From the IMG/VR virus record IMGVR_UViG_2563366802_000006: a DNA stretch of 46,505 bases. One strand, written 5' to 3'. Below the pieces are notes generated by a model that saw only the letters and a program-made list of their open reading frames with translations, had not been told where the DNA came from and ran no database searches. Origin of the DNA: a virus. Its lineage: Duplodnaviria; Heunggongvirae; Uroviricota; Caudoviricetes. The position numbers and the translations under genes are program-made. Shown here in pieces: positions 21,040-33,651 of this stretch. Numbering within the stretch: the first letter of the stretch is position 1; every line of letters starts with the position of its first letter.

Positions 21040-21528
21040 ATGAACCAATTAGAAGAAAAGCTTCAAAGAATGATTTCCTTATACAAGGAAGATAACTGCC
21101 AAAAAGTTCCTGAAAACATCGCAGAGTTAATGGAATTGGCAAGTGAATTTTCTGGCATGCTTAAGTCGTCAGGTGTTCGGTCAGCGTTCTTTGTTGAAAT
21201 GCTGATGCACGGCGGACTTATGGCAACAATGAGACGTGTAATGGAAGACCAGAGAAAAGAACCTCCTCAGGTATACGTTTTGTCATCGAAGAAAACTGGG
21301 CTAACCAAAATTGGGTATTCATCCAACATTCCACAACGCATCAAATCGCTTGGCAACTCTGGACCAGACTGCTTGAAGCTTGAGTGCCTGATCCCTGGTG
21401 GAAGAGAAACTGAAAACATGCTTCATCGCAAATTTGCCGCAAAGAGAAAGCACGGTGAATGGTTCGCCCTGTCCAAGGATGACATTGAGGGATTGAAATC
21501 TGTAGCGATTACTTCTGATGGCTATTAA
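21040..21528 (+). CDS. T5orf172 / GIY-YIG-like domain protein (moron)
   Basis: Start chosen at ATG 21040 (MNQLEEKL...); C-terminal half has the T5orf172-type pattern VYVLSSKKTGLTKIGYSSNIPQRIKSL...HGEWFALS. Confidence 0.6.
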   Translation: MNQLEEKLQRMISLYKEDNCQKVPENIAELMELASEFSGMLKSSGVRSAFFVEMLMHGGLMATMRRVMEDQRKEPPQVYVLSSKKTGLTKIGYSSNIPQRIKSLGNSGPDCLKLECLIPGGRETENMLHRKFAAKRKHGEWFALSKDDIEGLKSVAITSDGY

Positions 21529-22206
21529 TGCTTGTTTAGAGCAATTTTCATAACAACTCTTCATTACAAAGCCCATCTACTGGTGGGCTTGATAATGAAA
21601 CCGTGATTTACATCCCCACAATCCGGGTATGTAAAAGATAGTTCAGGCGAGAACGGATTTAACTAAATCTGTGCGCCACCAGTTAACGGCAGTACCACGA
21701 AACAACCCAAGCCAGTAAGTGGGGAAATAACACCGGCAGCCACTGAAAGATGAACCTCCTGCCTTATGGCAAAAAAGATTCTTTGTGGTGGTGGACTGAT
21801 GGAAAGACATCCTAATTTCAGCCAAACATTGAAGGAGTTGTTATGTCAGCAGAAGGTTTCAATAACCCATCAAAATTCCGGGATGAGTGGGATAGCAGCG
21901 TAAAGAGTAAGTGATGCCATCACAAAAGCCATTCCCTACAGAGTGGCTTTGATAATGGCTTATACCCTACACGGGATAACTTAACTGATATCCCTTTTAA
22001 AGGATAAAGGTATTCAAGCCTGACACATCATGCGCTGTATCGTCGCCGTGTTCCCGTATTAACAGAGACCGTAGCCCGACGGGGAACTCCTTCTGCGCGA
22101 GTGTGCGGGAATAATCAAAAACGATGCACACCGGGGTTACCGGGTACACATATTTCATCATGCCAGCGAGTCCGGTTCTGGCACGGAAGAAACCGGACGT
22201 TATGAT

Positions 22207-22617
22207 TTAGTGCGGAAATATTTGTGTAGTGTTCTGAATGTTCTCAGTAAAGAGTAATGAATTATCAAAGGTATAGTAATACCTTTTGTTTTCGTGGATA
22301 TTTGTAATCCATCTGAAAACCCCTGCTGTAGCAAGATTTTTCCTGTATTCGTAAAATGATAACTCTCCTGATTTGAATCCTTTTAAGGTGGCTTCTATAA
22401 GGCATTTATTTTTTGAAAATCTTACATTTACAACCTTACCCTGTCCTTTTATTAAAACCGTATTATCGTTTTCAAGAACAAGATGAATATTCTCTGTGGC
22501 TAAATAGTAAATGTAATGTGAGACATTGTGACGTTTTAGTTCAGAATAAAACCAGTGATAGTTTAAATTATTTCGCACTTTATCGAATATTTGTTTAAAA
22601 ATGGCAACCTGAGCCAT
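22207..22617 (-). CDS. ybcV: YbcV-like protein (DUF1398), low-GC moron
   Basis: Start at [45 protein letters not shown]...; resembles DLP12 YbcV as I recall it. Confidence 0.7.
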   Translation of the reverse strand: MAQVAIFKQIFDKVRNNLNYHWFYSELKRHNVSHYIYYLATENIHLVLENDNTVLIKGQGKVVNVRFSKNKCLIEATLKGFKSGELSFYEYRKNLATAGVFRWITNIHENKRYYYTFDNSLLFTENIQNTTQIFPH

Positions 22618-22674
22618 TGTAGTACCTTCCATGTGATATGAGGGGGCGTAGTCTGCACGATTATCTAGATTGCT

Positions 22675-22908
22675 TCAATCTGGTCTAACCTGTTTTCTGA
22701 GCAATTCAGTAATGTCACTCTTTTCTTTGTTTGCTTCAGGCGAAACTCTTTTTTCTGAGCACAGTCTCCGGCGGCAGGCTTCAATGACCCAGGCTGAGAA
22801 ATTCCCGGACCCTTTTTGAACAAGAGCGATGTTAATTTGTTCAATCATTTGGTTAGGAAAGCGGATGTTGCGGGTTGTTGTTCTGCGGGTTCTGTTCTTC
22901 GTTGACAT
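22675..22908 (-). CDS. ylcI: YlcI-like protein (DUF3950)
   Basis: 77-aa MSTKNRTRRTTTRNIRFPNQMIEQINIALVQKGSGNFSAWVIEACRRRL...; the ORF-track extension to 23181 runs across cos and is not used. Confidence 0.7.
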   Translation of the reverse strand: MSTKNRTRRTTTRNIRFPNQMIEQINIALVQKGSGNFSAWVIEACRRRLCSEKRVSPEANKEKSDITELLRKQVRPD

Positions 22909-23039
22909 GAGGTTGTCCCGTATTCTGTGTTGCTGATTTGTATTGTCTGAAGTTTTTTTTACGTTAAGTTGATGCAGATCAATTAATACGATACCTGCGT
23001 CATAATTGATTATTTGACGTGGTTTGATGGCGTAGATGC

Positions 23040-23290
23040 ACGTTGTGACATGTAGATGATAATTATTATCATTTTGCGGGTCCTTTCCGGCGATCCGACA
23101 GGTTACGGGGCGGCGACCTCGCGGGTTTTCGCTATTTATGAAAATTTTCCGGTTTAAGGCGTTTCCGTTCTTCTTCGTCATAACTTAATGTTTTTATTTA
23201 AAATACCCTCTGAAAAGAAAGGAAACGACAGGTGCTGAAAGCGAGCTTTTTGGCCTCTGTCGTTTCCTTTCTCTGTTTTTGTCCGTGGAA
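23040..23290. promoter_or_regulatory. cos packaging site (cosQ-cosN-cosB); cosN 12-nt cohesive end GGGCGGCGACCT at 23108-23119
   Basis: Sequence from 23108 onward (GGGCGGCGACCTCGCGGGTTTTCGCTATTTATGAAAATTTTCCGG...) matches the left end of the lambda genome as I recall it. Confidence 0.92.
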
Positions 23291-23296
23291 TGAACA

Positions 23297-23816
23297 ATGG
23301 AAGTCAACAAAAAGCAGCTGGCTGACATTTTCGGCGCGAGTATCCGTACCATTCAGAACTGGCAGGAGCAGGGAATGCCCGTTCTGCGGGGTGGTGGGAA
23401 GGGTAATGAGGTGCTTTATGATTCTGCCGCCGTCATAAAATGGTATGCCGAAAGGGATGCTGAAATTGAGAACGAAAAGCTGCGCCGGGAAGTTGAAGAA
23501 CTGCGGCAGGCCAGCGAGACAGATCTCCAGCCAGGGACTATTGAGTACGAACGCCATCGACTTACGCGTGCGCAGGCCGACGCACAGGAGCTGAAAAATG
23601 CCAGAGACTCCGCTGAAGTGGTGGAAACCGCATTCTGTACTTTCGTGCTGTCGCGGATCGCAGGTGAAATTGCCAGTATTCTCGACGGGATCCCCCTGTC
23701 GGTGCAGCGGCGTTTTCCGGAACTGGAAAACCGACATGTTGATTTCCTGAAACGGGATATCATCAAAGCCATGAACAAAGCAGCCGCGCTGGATGAACTG
23801 ATACCGGGGTTGCTGA

Positions 23817-23842
<26 letters not shown>
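23297..23842 (+). CDS. nu1: Terminase small subunit Nu1
   Basis: 181-aa ORF near-identical to lambda Nu1. Confidence 0.97.
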
Positions 23843-27523
<3,681 letters not shown>

Positions 27524-27543
<20 letters not shown>

Positions 27544-28842
27544 TCTCCCGCATATTGCCAGTATGGCCTTTAATGAGCCGCTGATGCTTGAACCCGCCTA
27601 TGCGCGGGTTTTCTTTTGTGCGCTTGCAGGCCAGCTTGGGATCAGCCGCCTGACGGATGCGGTGTCCGGCGACAGCCTGACTGCCGGAGAGGCACCCGCG
27701 GCGCTGGCGTTATCCGTTGATGATGACGGACCACGACAGGCCCGCAGTTATCAGGTCATGAACGGCATCGCCGTGCTGCCGGTGTCCGGCACGCTGGTCA
27801 GCCGGACGCGGGCGCTGCAGCCGTATTCGGGGATGACCGGTTACAACGGCATTATCGCCGTCTGCAACAGGCTGCCAGCGATCCGATGGTGGACGGCATT
27901 CTGCTGGATATGGACACACCGGGCGGGATGGTGGCGGGAGCATTTGACTGTGCTGACATCATCGCCCGTGTGCGAGACATAAAACCGGTATGGGCGCTGG
28001 CCAACGACATGAACTGCAGTGCAGGTCAGCTGCTTGCCAGCGCCGCCTCCCGGCGTCTGGTCACGCAGACCGCCCGGACAGGCTCCATCGGCGTCATGAT
28101 GGCTCACAGTAATTACGGTGCTGCGCTGGAGAAACAGGGCGTGGAAATCACGCTGATTTACAGCGGCAGCCATAAGGTGGATGGCAACCCCTACAGCCAT
28201 CTACCGGATGATGTCCGGGAAACACTGCAGTCCCGGATGGATGCAACCCGCCGGATGTTTGCACAGAAGGTGTCGGCATATACCGGCCTGTCCGTGCAGG
28301 CTGTGCTGGATACCGAGGCTGCAGTGTACAGCGGTCAGGAGGCCATTGATGCCGGACTGGCTGATGAACTTGTGAACAGTACCGATGCGATCACCGTCAT
28401 GCGTGATGCACTGGATGCACGTAAATCCCGTCTCTCAGGAGGGCGAATGACCAAAGAGACTCAATCAACAACTGTTTCAGCCACTGCTTCGCAGGCTGAC
28501 GTTACTGGCGTGGTGCAAGCGACGGAGGGCGAGAACGCCAGCGCTGCGCAGCCGGACGTGAACGCGCAGATCACCGCAGCGGTTGCGGCAGAAAACAGTC
28601 GCATTATGGGGATCCTCAACTGTGAGGAGGCTCACGGACGCGAAGAACAGGCATGCGTGCTGGCCGAAACCCCCGGTATGACCGTGGAAACGGCCCGCCG
28701 TATTCTGGCCGCAGCACCACAGAGTGCACAGGCGCGCAGTGACACTGCGCTGGATCGTCTGATGCAGGGGGCACCGGCACCGCTGGCTGCAGGTAACCCG
28801 GCATCTGATGCCGTTAACGATTTGCTGAACACACCAGTGTAA
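27524..28842 (+). pseudogene. C: Head protease/scaffold C, disrupted by a 1-bp deletion in a C-run near 27857-27860
   Basis: N-terminal part reads in one frame to a stop at 27982 and the C-terminal part continues in another frame from 27886; lambda has ATCGCCCGTCTG where this sequence has ATCGCCGTCTG. Confidence 0.75.
28255..28842 (+). CDS. nu3: Scaffolding protein Nu3 (nested in the C-terminal frame of C); start approximate
   Basis: C-terminal frame of C is intact; the internal start was not determined precisely. Confidence 0.4.
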   Translation: MFAQKVSAYTGLSVQAVLDTEAAVYSGQEAIDAGLADELVNSTDAITVMRDALDARKSRLSGGRMTKETQSTTVSATASQADVTGVVQATEGENASAAQPDVNAQITAAVAAENSRIMGILNCEEAHGREEQACVLAETPGMTVETARRILAAAPQSAQARSDTALDRLMQGAPAPLAAGNPASDAVNDLLNTPV

Positions 28843-28851
28843 GGGATGTTT

Positions 28852-29184
28852 ATGACGAGCAAAGAAACCTTTACCCATTACCAGCCGCTGGGCAACAGTG
28901 ACCCGGCTCATACCGCAACCGCGCCCGGCGGGTTGAGTGCGAAAGCGCCTGCAATGACCCCGCTGATGCTGGACACCTCCACCCGTAAGCTGGTTGCGTG
29001 GGATGGCACCACCGACGGTGCTGCCGTTGGCATTCTTGCAGTTGCTGCTGACCAGACCAGCACCACACTGACGTTCTACAAGTCCGGCACGTTCCGTTAT
29101 GAGGATGTGCTCTGGCCGGAGGCTGCCAGCGACGAGACGAAAAAACGGACCGCGTTTGCCGGAACGGCAATCAGCATCGTTTAA
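28852..29184 (+). CDS. D: Capsid decoration protein D
   Basis: [27 protein letters not shown]... matches lambda gpD. Confidence 0.96.
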   Translation: MTSKETFTHYQPLGNSDPAHTATAPGGLSAKAPAMTPLMLDTSTRKLVAWDGTTDGAAVGILAVAADQTSTTLTFYKSGTFRYEDVLWPEAASDETKKRTAFAGTAISIV

Positions 29185-29204
29185 CCTGACCCTTCATCAC
29201 TAAA

Positions 29205-29227
29205 GGCCGCCTGTGCGGCTTTTTTTA
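29205..29227 (+). terminator. Stem-loop with T-run between D and E
   Basis: GCCGCCTGTGCGGC followed by TTTTTTT. Confidence 0.5.
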
Positions 29228-29239
29228 CGGGATTTTTTT

Positions 29240-30265
29240 ATGTCGATGTACACAACCGCCCAGCTGCTGGCGGCAAATGAGCAGAAATTTAAGTTTGATC
29301 CGCTGTTTCTGCGTCTCTTTTTCCGTGAGAGCTATCCCTTCACCACGGAGAAAGTCTATCTCTCACAAATTCCTGGACTGGTAAACATGGCGCTGTACGT
29401 TTCGCCAATTGTTTCCGGTGAGGTTATCCGTTCCCGTGGCGGCTCCACCTCTGAATTTACGCCGGGATATGTCAAGCCGAAGCATGAAGTGAATCCGCAG
29501 ATGACCCTGCGTCGCCTGCCGGATGAAGATCCGCAGAATCTGGCTGACCCGGCTTACCGCCGCCGTCGCATCATCATGCAGAACATGCGTGACGAAGAGC
29601 TGGCCATTGCTCAGGTCGAAGAGATGCAGGCCGTTTCTGCCGTGCTCAAGGGCAAATACACCATGACCGGTGAAGCCTTCGATCCGGTTGAAGTGGATAT
29701 GGGCCGCAGTGCGGCGAACAACATCACACAGTCCGGCGGCACGGAGTGGAGCAAGCGTGACAAGTCCACGTATGACCCGACCGACGATATCGAAGCCTAC
29801 GCGCTGAACGCCAGCGGTGTGGTGAATATCATCGTGTTCGATCCGAAAGGCTGGGCGCTGTTCCGTTCCTTCAAAGCCGTCAAGGAGAAGCTGGATACCC
29901 GTCGTGGCTCTCATTCCGAGCTGGAGACAGCGGTGAAAGACCTGGGTAAAGCGGTGTCCTATAAGGGGATGTATGGCGATGTGGCCATCGTCGTGTATTC
30001 CGGACAGTACGTGGAAAACGGCGTCAAAAAGAACTTCCTGCCGGACAACACGATGGTGCTGGGGAACACTCAGGCACGCGGTCTGCGCACCTATGGCTGC
30101 ATTCAGGATGCGGACGCACAGCGCGAAGGCATTAACGCCTCTGCCCGTTACCCGAAAAACTGGGTGACCACCGGCGATCCGGCGCGAGAGTTCACCATGA
30201 TTCAGTCAGCACCGCTGATGCTGCTGGCTGATCCTGATGAGTTCGTGTCCGTTCAACTGGCGTAA
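29240..30265 (+). CDS. E: Major capsid protein E
   Basis: Start at ATG 29240 (MSMYTTAQLLAANEQKF...); matches lambda gpE. Confidence 0.97.
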   Translation: MSMYTTAQLLAANEQKFKFDPLFLRLFFRESYPFTTEKVYLSQIPGLVNMALYVSPIVSGEVIRSRGGSTSEFTPGYVKPKHEVNPQMTLRRLPDEDPQNLADPAYRRRRIIMQNMRDEELAIAQVEEMQAVSAVLKGKYTMTGEAFDPVEVDMGRSAANNITQSGGTEWSKRDKSTYDPTDDIEAYALNASGVVNIIVFDPKGWALFRSFKAVKEKLDTRRGSHSELETAVKDLGKAVSYKGMYGDVAIVVYSGQYVENGVKKNFLPDNTMVLGNTQARGLRTYGCIQDADAQREGINASARYPKNWVTTGDPAREFTMIQSAPLMLLADPDEFVSVQLA

Positions 30266-30306
30266 TCATGGCCCTTCGGGGCCATTGTCTCTCTGAGGAG
30301 GAGTCC

Positions 30307-30702
30307 ATGACGAAAGATGAACTGATTGCCCGTCTCCGGTCGCTGGGTGAGCAACTGAACCGTGATGTCAGCCTGACGGGGACGAAAGAAGAACTGGCGC
30401 TCCGTGTGGCAGAGCTGGAAGAGGAGCTTGATGACACGGATGACGCAGCCGGTCAGGACACGTCTGTCAGCCCGGAAAATGCGCTGACCGGACATGAAAA
30501 TGAGGTGGTATCAGCACAGACGGATACCGTGACTGATACGGCTGCTCTGGTCACGGTTGTGGCACTGGTGATGCTGCATACCGATGCACTTCACGCCACG
30601 CGGGATAAACCTGTGGCATTTGTGCTGCCGGGAACGGCGTTTCGTGTCTCTGCCGGTGTGGCAGCCGAAATGACAGAGCGCGGCCTGGCCAGAATGCAAT
30701 AA
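30307..30702 (+). CDS. FI: DNA-packaging protein FI
   Basis: MTKDELIARLRSLGEQLNRDVSLTGTKEELALRVAEL...; matches lambda FI. Confidence 0.93.
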   Translation: MTKDELIARLRSLGEQLNRDVSLTGTKEELALRVAELEEELDDTDDAAGQDTSVSPENALTGHENEVVSAQTDTVTDTAALVTVVALVMLHTDALHATRDKPVAFVLPGTAFRVSAGVAAEMTERGLARMQ

Positions 30703-30713
30703 CGGGAGGCGCT

Positions 30714-31067
30714 GTGGCTGATTTCGATAACCTGTTCGATGCTGCCATTGCCCGCGCCGATGAAACGATACGCGGGTACATGGGAACGTCAGCCACCATG
30801 ACATCCGGTGAGCAGTCCGGTGCTGTGATACGTGGTGTTTTTGATGACCCTGAAAATATCAGCTATGCCGGACAGGGCGTGCGCGTTGAAGGCTCCAGCC
30901 CGTCCCTGTTTGTCCGGACTGATGATGTGCGGCAACTGCGGCGTGGAGACACGCTGACCATCGGTGAGGAAAACTTCTGGATAGATCGTGTTTCGCCGGA
31001 TGATGGCGGAAGCTGTCATCTCTGGCTTGGGCGGGGCGTACCGCCTGCCGTTAACCGTCGCCGCTGA
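30714..31067 (+). CDS. FII: Head completion protein FII
   Basis: 117-aa ORF matching lambda FII. Confidence 0.95.
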   Translation: MADFDNLFDAAIARADETIRGYMGTSATMTSGEQSGAVIRGVFDDPENISYAGQGVRVEGSSPSLFVRTDDVRQLRRGDTLTIGEENFWIDRVSPDDGGSCHLWLGRGVPPAVNRRR

Positions 31068-31078
31068 AAGGGGGATGT

Positions 31079-31657
31079 ATGGCCATAAAAGGTCTTGAGC
31101 AGGCCGTTGAAAACCTCAGCCGTATCAGCAGAACGGCGGTGCCCGGTGCCGCCGCAATGGCCATTAACCGCGTTGCTTCATCCGCGATATCGCAGTCGGT
31201 GGCACAGGTTGCCCGTGAGACAAAGGTACGCCGGAAACTGGTAAAGGAAAGGGCCAGGCTGAAAAGGGCCACGGTCAAAAATCCGCAGGCCAGAATCAGG
31301 GTTAACCGGGGGGATTTGCCCGTAATCAGGCTGGGTAACGCGCGGGTTGTCCTTTCCCGCCGCAGACGTCGTAAAAAGGGGCAGCGTTCAGCCCTGAAAG
31401 GTGGCGGCAGCGTGCTTGTGGTGGGAAACCGTCGTATTCCCGGCGCGTTTATTCAGCAACTGAAAAATGGCCGGTGGCATGTCATGCAGCGTGTGGCCGG
31501 GAAAAACCGTTACCCCATTGATGTGGTGAAAATCCCGATGGCGGTGCCGCTTACCACGGCGTTTAAACAGAATATTGAACGGATACGGCGTGAACGCCTT
31601 CCGAAAGAGCTGGGCTATGCGCTGCAGCATCAACTGAGAATGGTAATAAAGCGATGA
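31079..31657 (+). CDS. Z: Tail completion protein Z
   Basis: 192-aa ORF matching lambda gpZ. Confidence 0.95.
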   Translation: MAIKGLEQAVENLSRISRTAVPGAAAMAINRVASSAISQSVAQVARETKVRRKLVKERARLKRATVKNPQARIRVNRGDLPVIRLGNARVVLSRRRRRKKGQRSALKGGGSVLVVGNRRIPGAFIQQLKNGRWHVMQRVAGKNRYPIDVVKIPMAVPLTTAFKQNIERIRRERLPKELGYALQHQLRMVIKR

Positions 31658-32049
31658 AACATACTGAACTCCGTGCAGCCGTACTGGATGCACTGGAGAA
31701 GCATGACACCGGGGCGACGCTTTTTGATGGTCGCCCCGCTGTTTTTGATGAGGCGGATTTTCCGGCAATTGCCGTTTATCTCACCGGCGTTGAATACACG
31801 GGCGAAGAGCTGGACAGTGATACCTGGCAGGCGGAGCTGCATATTGAAGTTTTCCTGCCTGCTCAGGTGCCGGATTCAGAGCTGGATTCGTGGATGGAGT
31901 CCCGGATTTATCCGGTGATGAGCGATGTCCCGGCACTGTCAGATTTGATCACCAGTATGGTGGCCAGTGGCTATGACTACCGGCGCGACGATGATGCGGG
32001 TCTGTGGAGTTCAGCCGATCTGACTTATGTCATTACCTATGAAATGTGA
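31654..32049 (+). CDS. U: Tail terminator protein U
   Basis: 131-aa ORF matching lambda gpU. Confidence 0.95.
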   Translation: MKHTELRAAVLDALEKHDTGATLFDGRPAVFDEADFPAIAVYLTGVEYTGEELDSDTWQAELHIEVFLPAQVPDSELDSWMESRIYPVMSDVPALSDLITSMVASGYDYRRDDDAGLWSSADLTYVITYEM

Positions 32050-32056
32050 GGACGAT

Positions 32057-32797
32057 ATGCCTGTACCAAATCCAGTAATGCCGGTGAAAGGGGCCGGGAC
32101 CACACTGTGGGTTTATAAGGGGAACGGTGACCCTTATGCGAACCCGCTTTCAGACGTTGACTGGTCGCGTCTGGCTAAAGTTAAAGACCTGACGCCCGGC
32201 GAACTGACCGCTGAGTCCTATGACGACAGCTATCTCGATGATGAAGATGCGGACTGGACTGCGACCGGGCAGGGGCAGAAATCTGCCGGAGATACCAGCT
32301 TCACGCTGGCGTGGATGCCCGGAGAGCAGGGGCAGCAGGCGCTGCTGGCGTGGTTTAATGAAGGGGATACCCGAGCCTATAAAATCCGCTTCCCGAATGG
32401 CACGGTCGATGTGTTCCGCGGCTGGGTCAGCAGTATCGGTAAGGCGGTGACGGCGAAGGAAGTGATCACCCGCACGGTGAAAGTCACCAACGTGGGACGT
32501 CCGTCGATGGCAGAAGATCGCAGCACGGTAACAGCGGCAACCGGCATGACTGTGACGCCTGCCAGCACCTCGGTGGTGAAAGGGCAGAGCACCACGCTGA
32601 CCGTGGCATTCCAGCCGGAAGGCGCAACCGACAAGAGCTTCCGTGCGGTGTCTGCGGATAAAACAAAAGCCACCGTGTCGGTCAGTGGTATGACCATCAC
32701 CGTGAAAGGTGTTGCTGCAGGCAAGGTCAACATTCCGGTCGTATCCGGTAATGGTGAACTTGCTGCGGTTGCAGAAATCACCGTCACCGCCAGTTAA
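32057..32797 (+). CDS. V: Major tail tube protein V (with C-terminal Ig-like domain)
   Basis: Start at ATG 32057 ([22 protein letters not shown]...); matches lambda gpV. Confidence 0.96.
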   Translation: MPVPNPVMPVKGAGTTLWVYKGNGDPYANPLSDVDWSRLAKVKDLTPGELTAESYDDSYLDDEDADWTATGQGQKSAGDTSFTLAWMPGEQGQQALLAWFNEGDTRAYKIRFPNGTVDVFRGWVSSIGKAVTAKEVITRTVKVTNVGRPSMAEDRSTVTAATGMTVTPASTSVVKGQSTTLTVAFQPEGATDKSFRAVSADKTKATVSVSGMTITVKGVAAGKVNIPVVSGNGELAAVAEITVTAS

Positions 32798-32812
32798 TCC
32801 GGGGAGTCAGAG

Positions 32813-33235
32813 ATGTTCCTGAAAACCGAATCATTTGAACATAACGGTGTGACCGTCACGCTTTCTGAACTGTCAGCCCTGCAGCGTATTGAGCATCTCG
32901 CCCTGATGAAACGGCAGGCAGAACAGGCGGAGTCAGACAGCAACCGGAAGTTTACTGTGGAAGACGCCATCAGAACCGGCGCGTTTCTGGTGGCGATGTC
33001 CCTGTGGCATAACCATCCGAAGAAGACAAAGCTGCCTTCCATGAATGAAGCCGTTAAACAGATTGAGCAGGAAGTGCTTACCACCTGGCCCACGGAGGCA
33101 ATTTCTCATGCTGAAAACGTGGTGTACCGGCTGTCCGGTATGTATGAGTTTGTTGTGAATGATGCCCCTGAACAGGCAGATGACGCCGGGCCAGCAGAGC
33201 CTGTTTCTGCGGGAAAGTGTTCGACGGTGAGCTGA
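32813..33235 (+). CDS. G: Tail assembly chaperone G
   Basis: 140-aa ORF matching lambda gpG. Confidence 0.95.
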   Translation: MFLKTESFEHNGVTVTLSELSALQRIEHLALMKRQAEQAESDSNRKFTVEDAIRTGAFLVAMSLWHNHPKKTKLPSMNEAVKQIEQEVLTTWPTEAISHAENVVYRLSGMYEFVVNDAPEQADDAGPAEPVSAGKCSTVS

Positions 33236-33651
33236 GTTTTGCCCTGAAACTGGCGCGTGAGATGGGGCGACCCGACTGGCGCGCCATGCTTGCCGGGATG
33301 TCATCCACGGAGTATGCCGACTGGCACCGCTTTTACAGTACCCATTATTTTCATGATGTTCTGCTGGATATGCACTTTTCCGGGCTGACGTACACCGTAC
33401 TCAGCCTGTTTTTCAGCGATCCGGATATGCATCCGCTGGATTTCAGTCTGCTGAACCGGCGCGAGGCTGACGAAGAGCCTGAAGATGATGTGCTGATGCA
33501 GAAAGCGGCAGGGCTTGCCGGAGGCGTCCGCTTTGGCCCGGACGGGAATGAAGTTATCCCCGCTTCCCCGGATGTGGCGGACATGACGGAGGATGACGTA
33601 ATGCTGATGACAGTATCAGAAGGGATCGCAGGAGGAGTCCGGTATGGCTGA
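33217..33651 (+). CDS. T: T portion of the G-T tail assembly chaperone, made by programmed -1 frameshift at G_GGA_AAG (33211-33217)
   Basis: Slippery heptamer GGGAAAG in the G frame near its 3' end; the -1 frame continues as GKVFDGELSFALKLAREMGRPDW... matching lambda gpT. Confidence 0.9.
   Translation: MFDGELSFALKLAREMGRPDWRAMLAGMSSTEYADWHRFYSTHYFHDVLLDMHFSGLTYTVLSLFFSDPDMHPLDFSLLNRREADEEPEDDVLMQKAAGLAGGVRFGPDGNEVIPASPDVADMTEDDVMLMTVSEGIAGGVRYG

Noticed and set aside
21319-21825. Short minus-strand ORFs (21319-21576, 21643-21825) in the moron and structured region
   Set aside because: Overlap the T5orf172-like gene or lie in hairpin-rich non-coding sequence; no start signals.
22909-23181. 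N-terminal extension of the ylcI ORF (the ORF track gives 22675-23181)
   Set aside because: The extension runs across cosN and cosQ; the conserved protein begins at the internal Met (22908).
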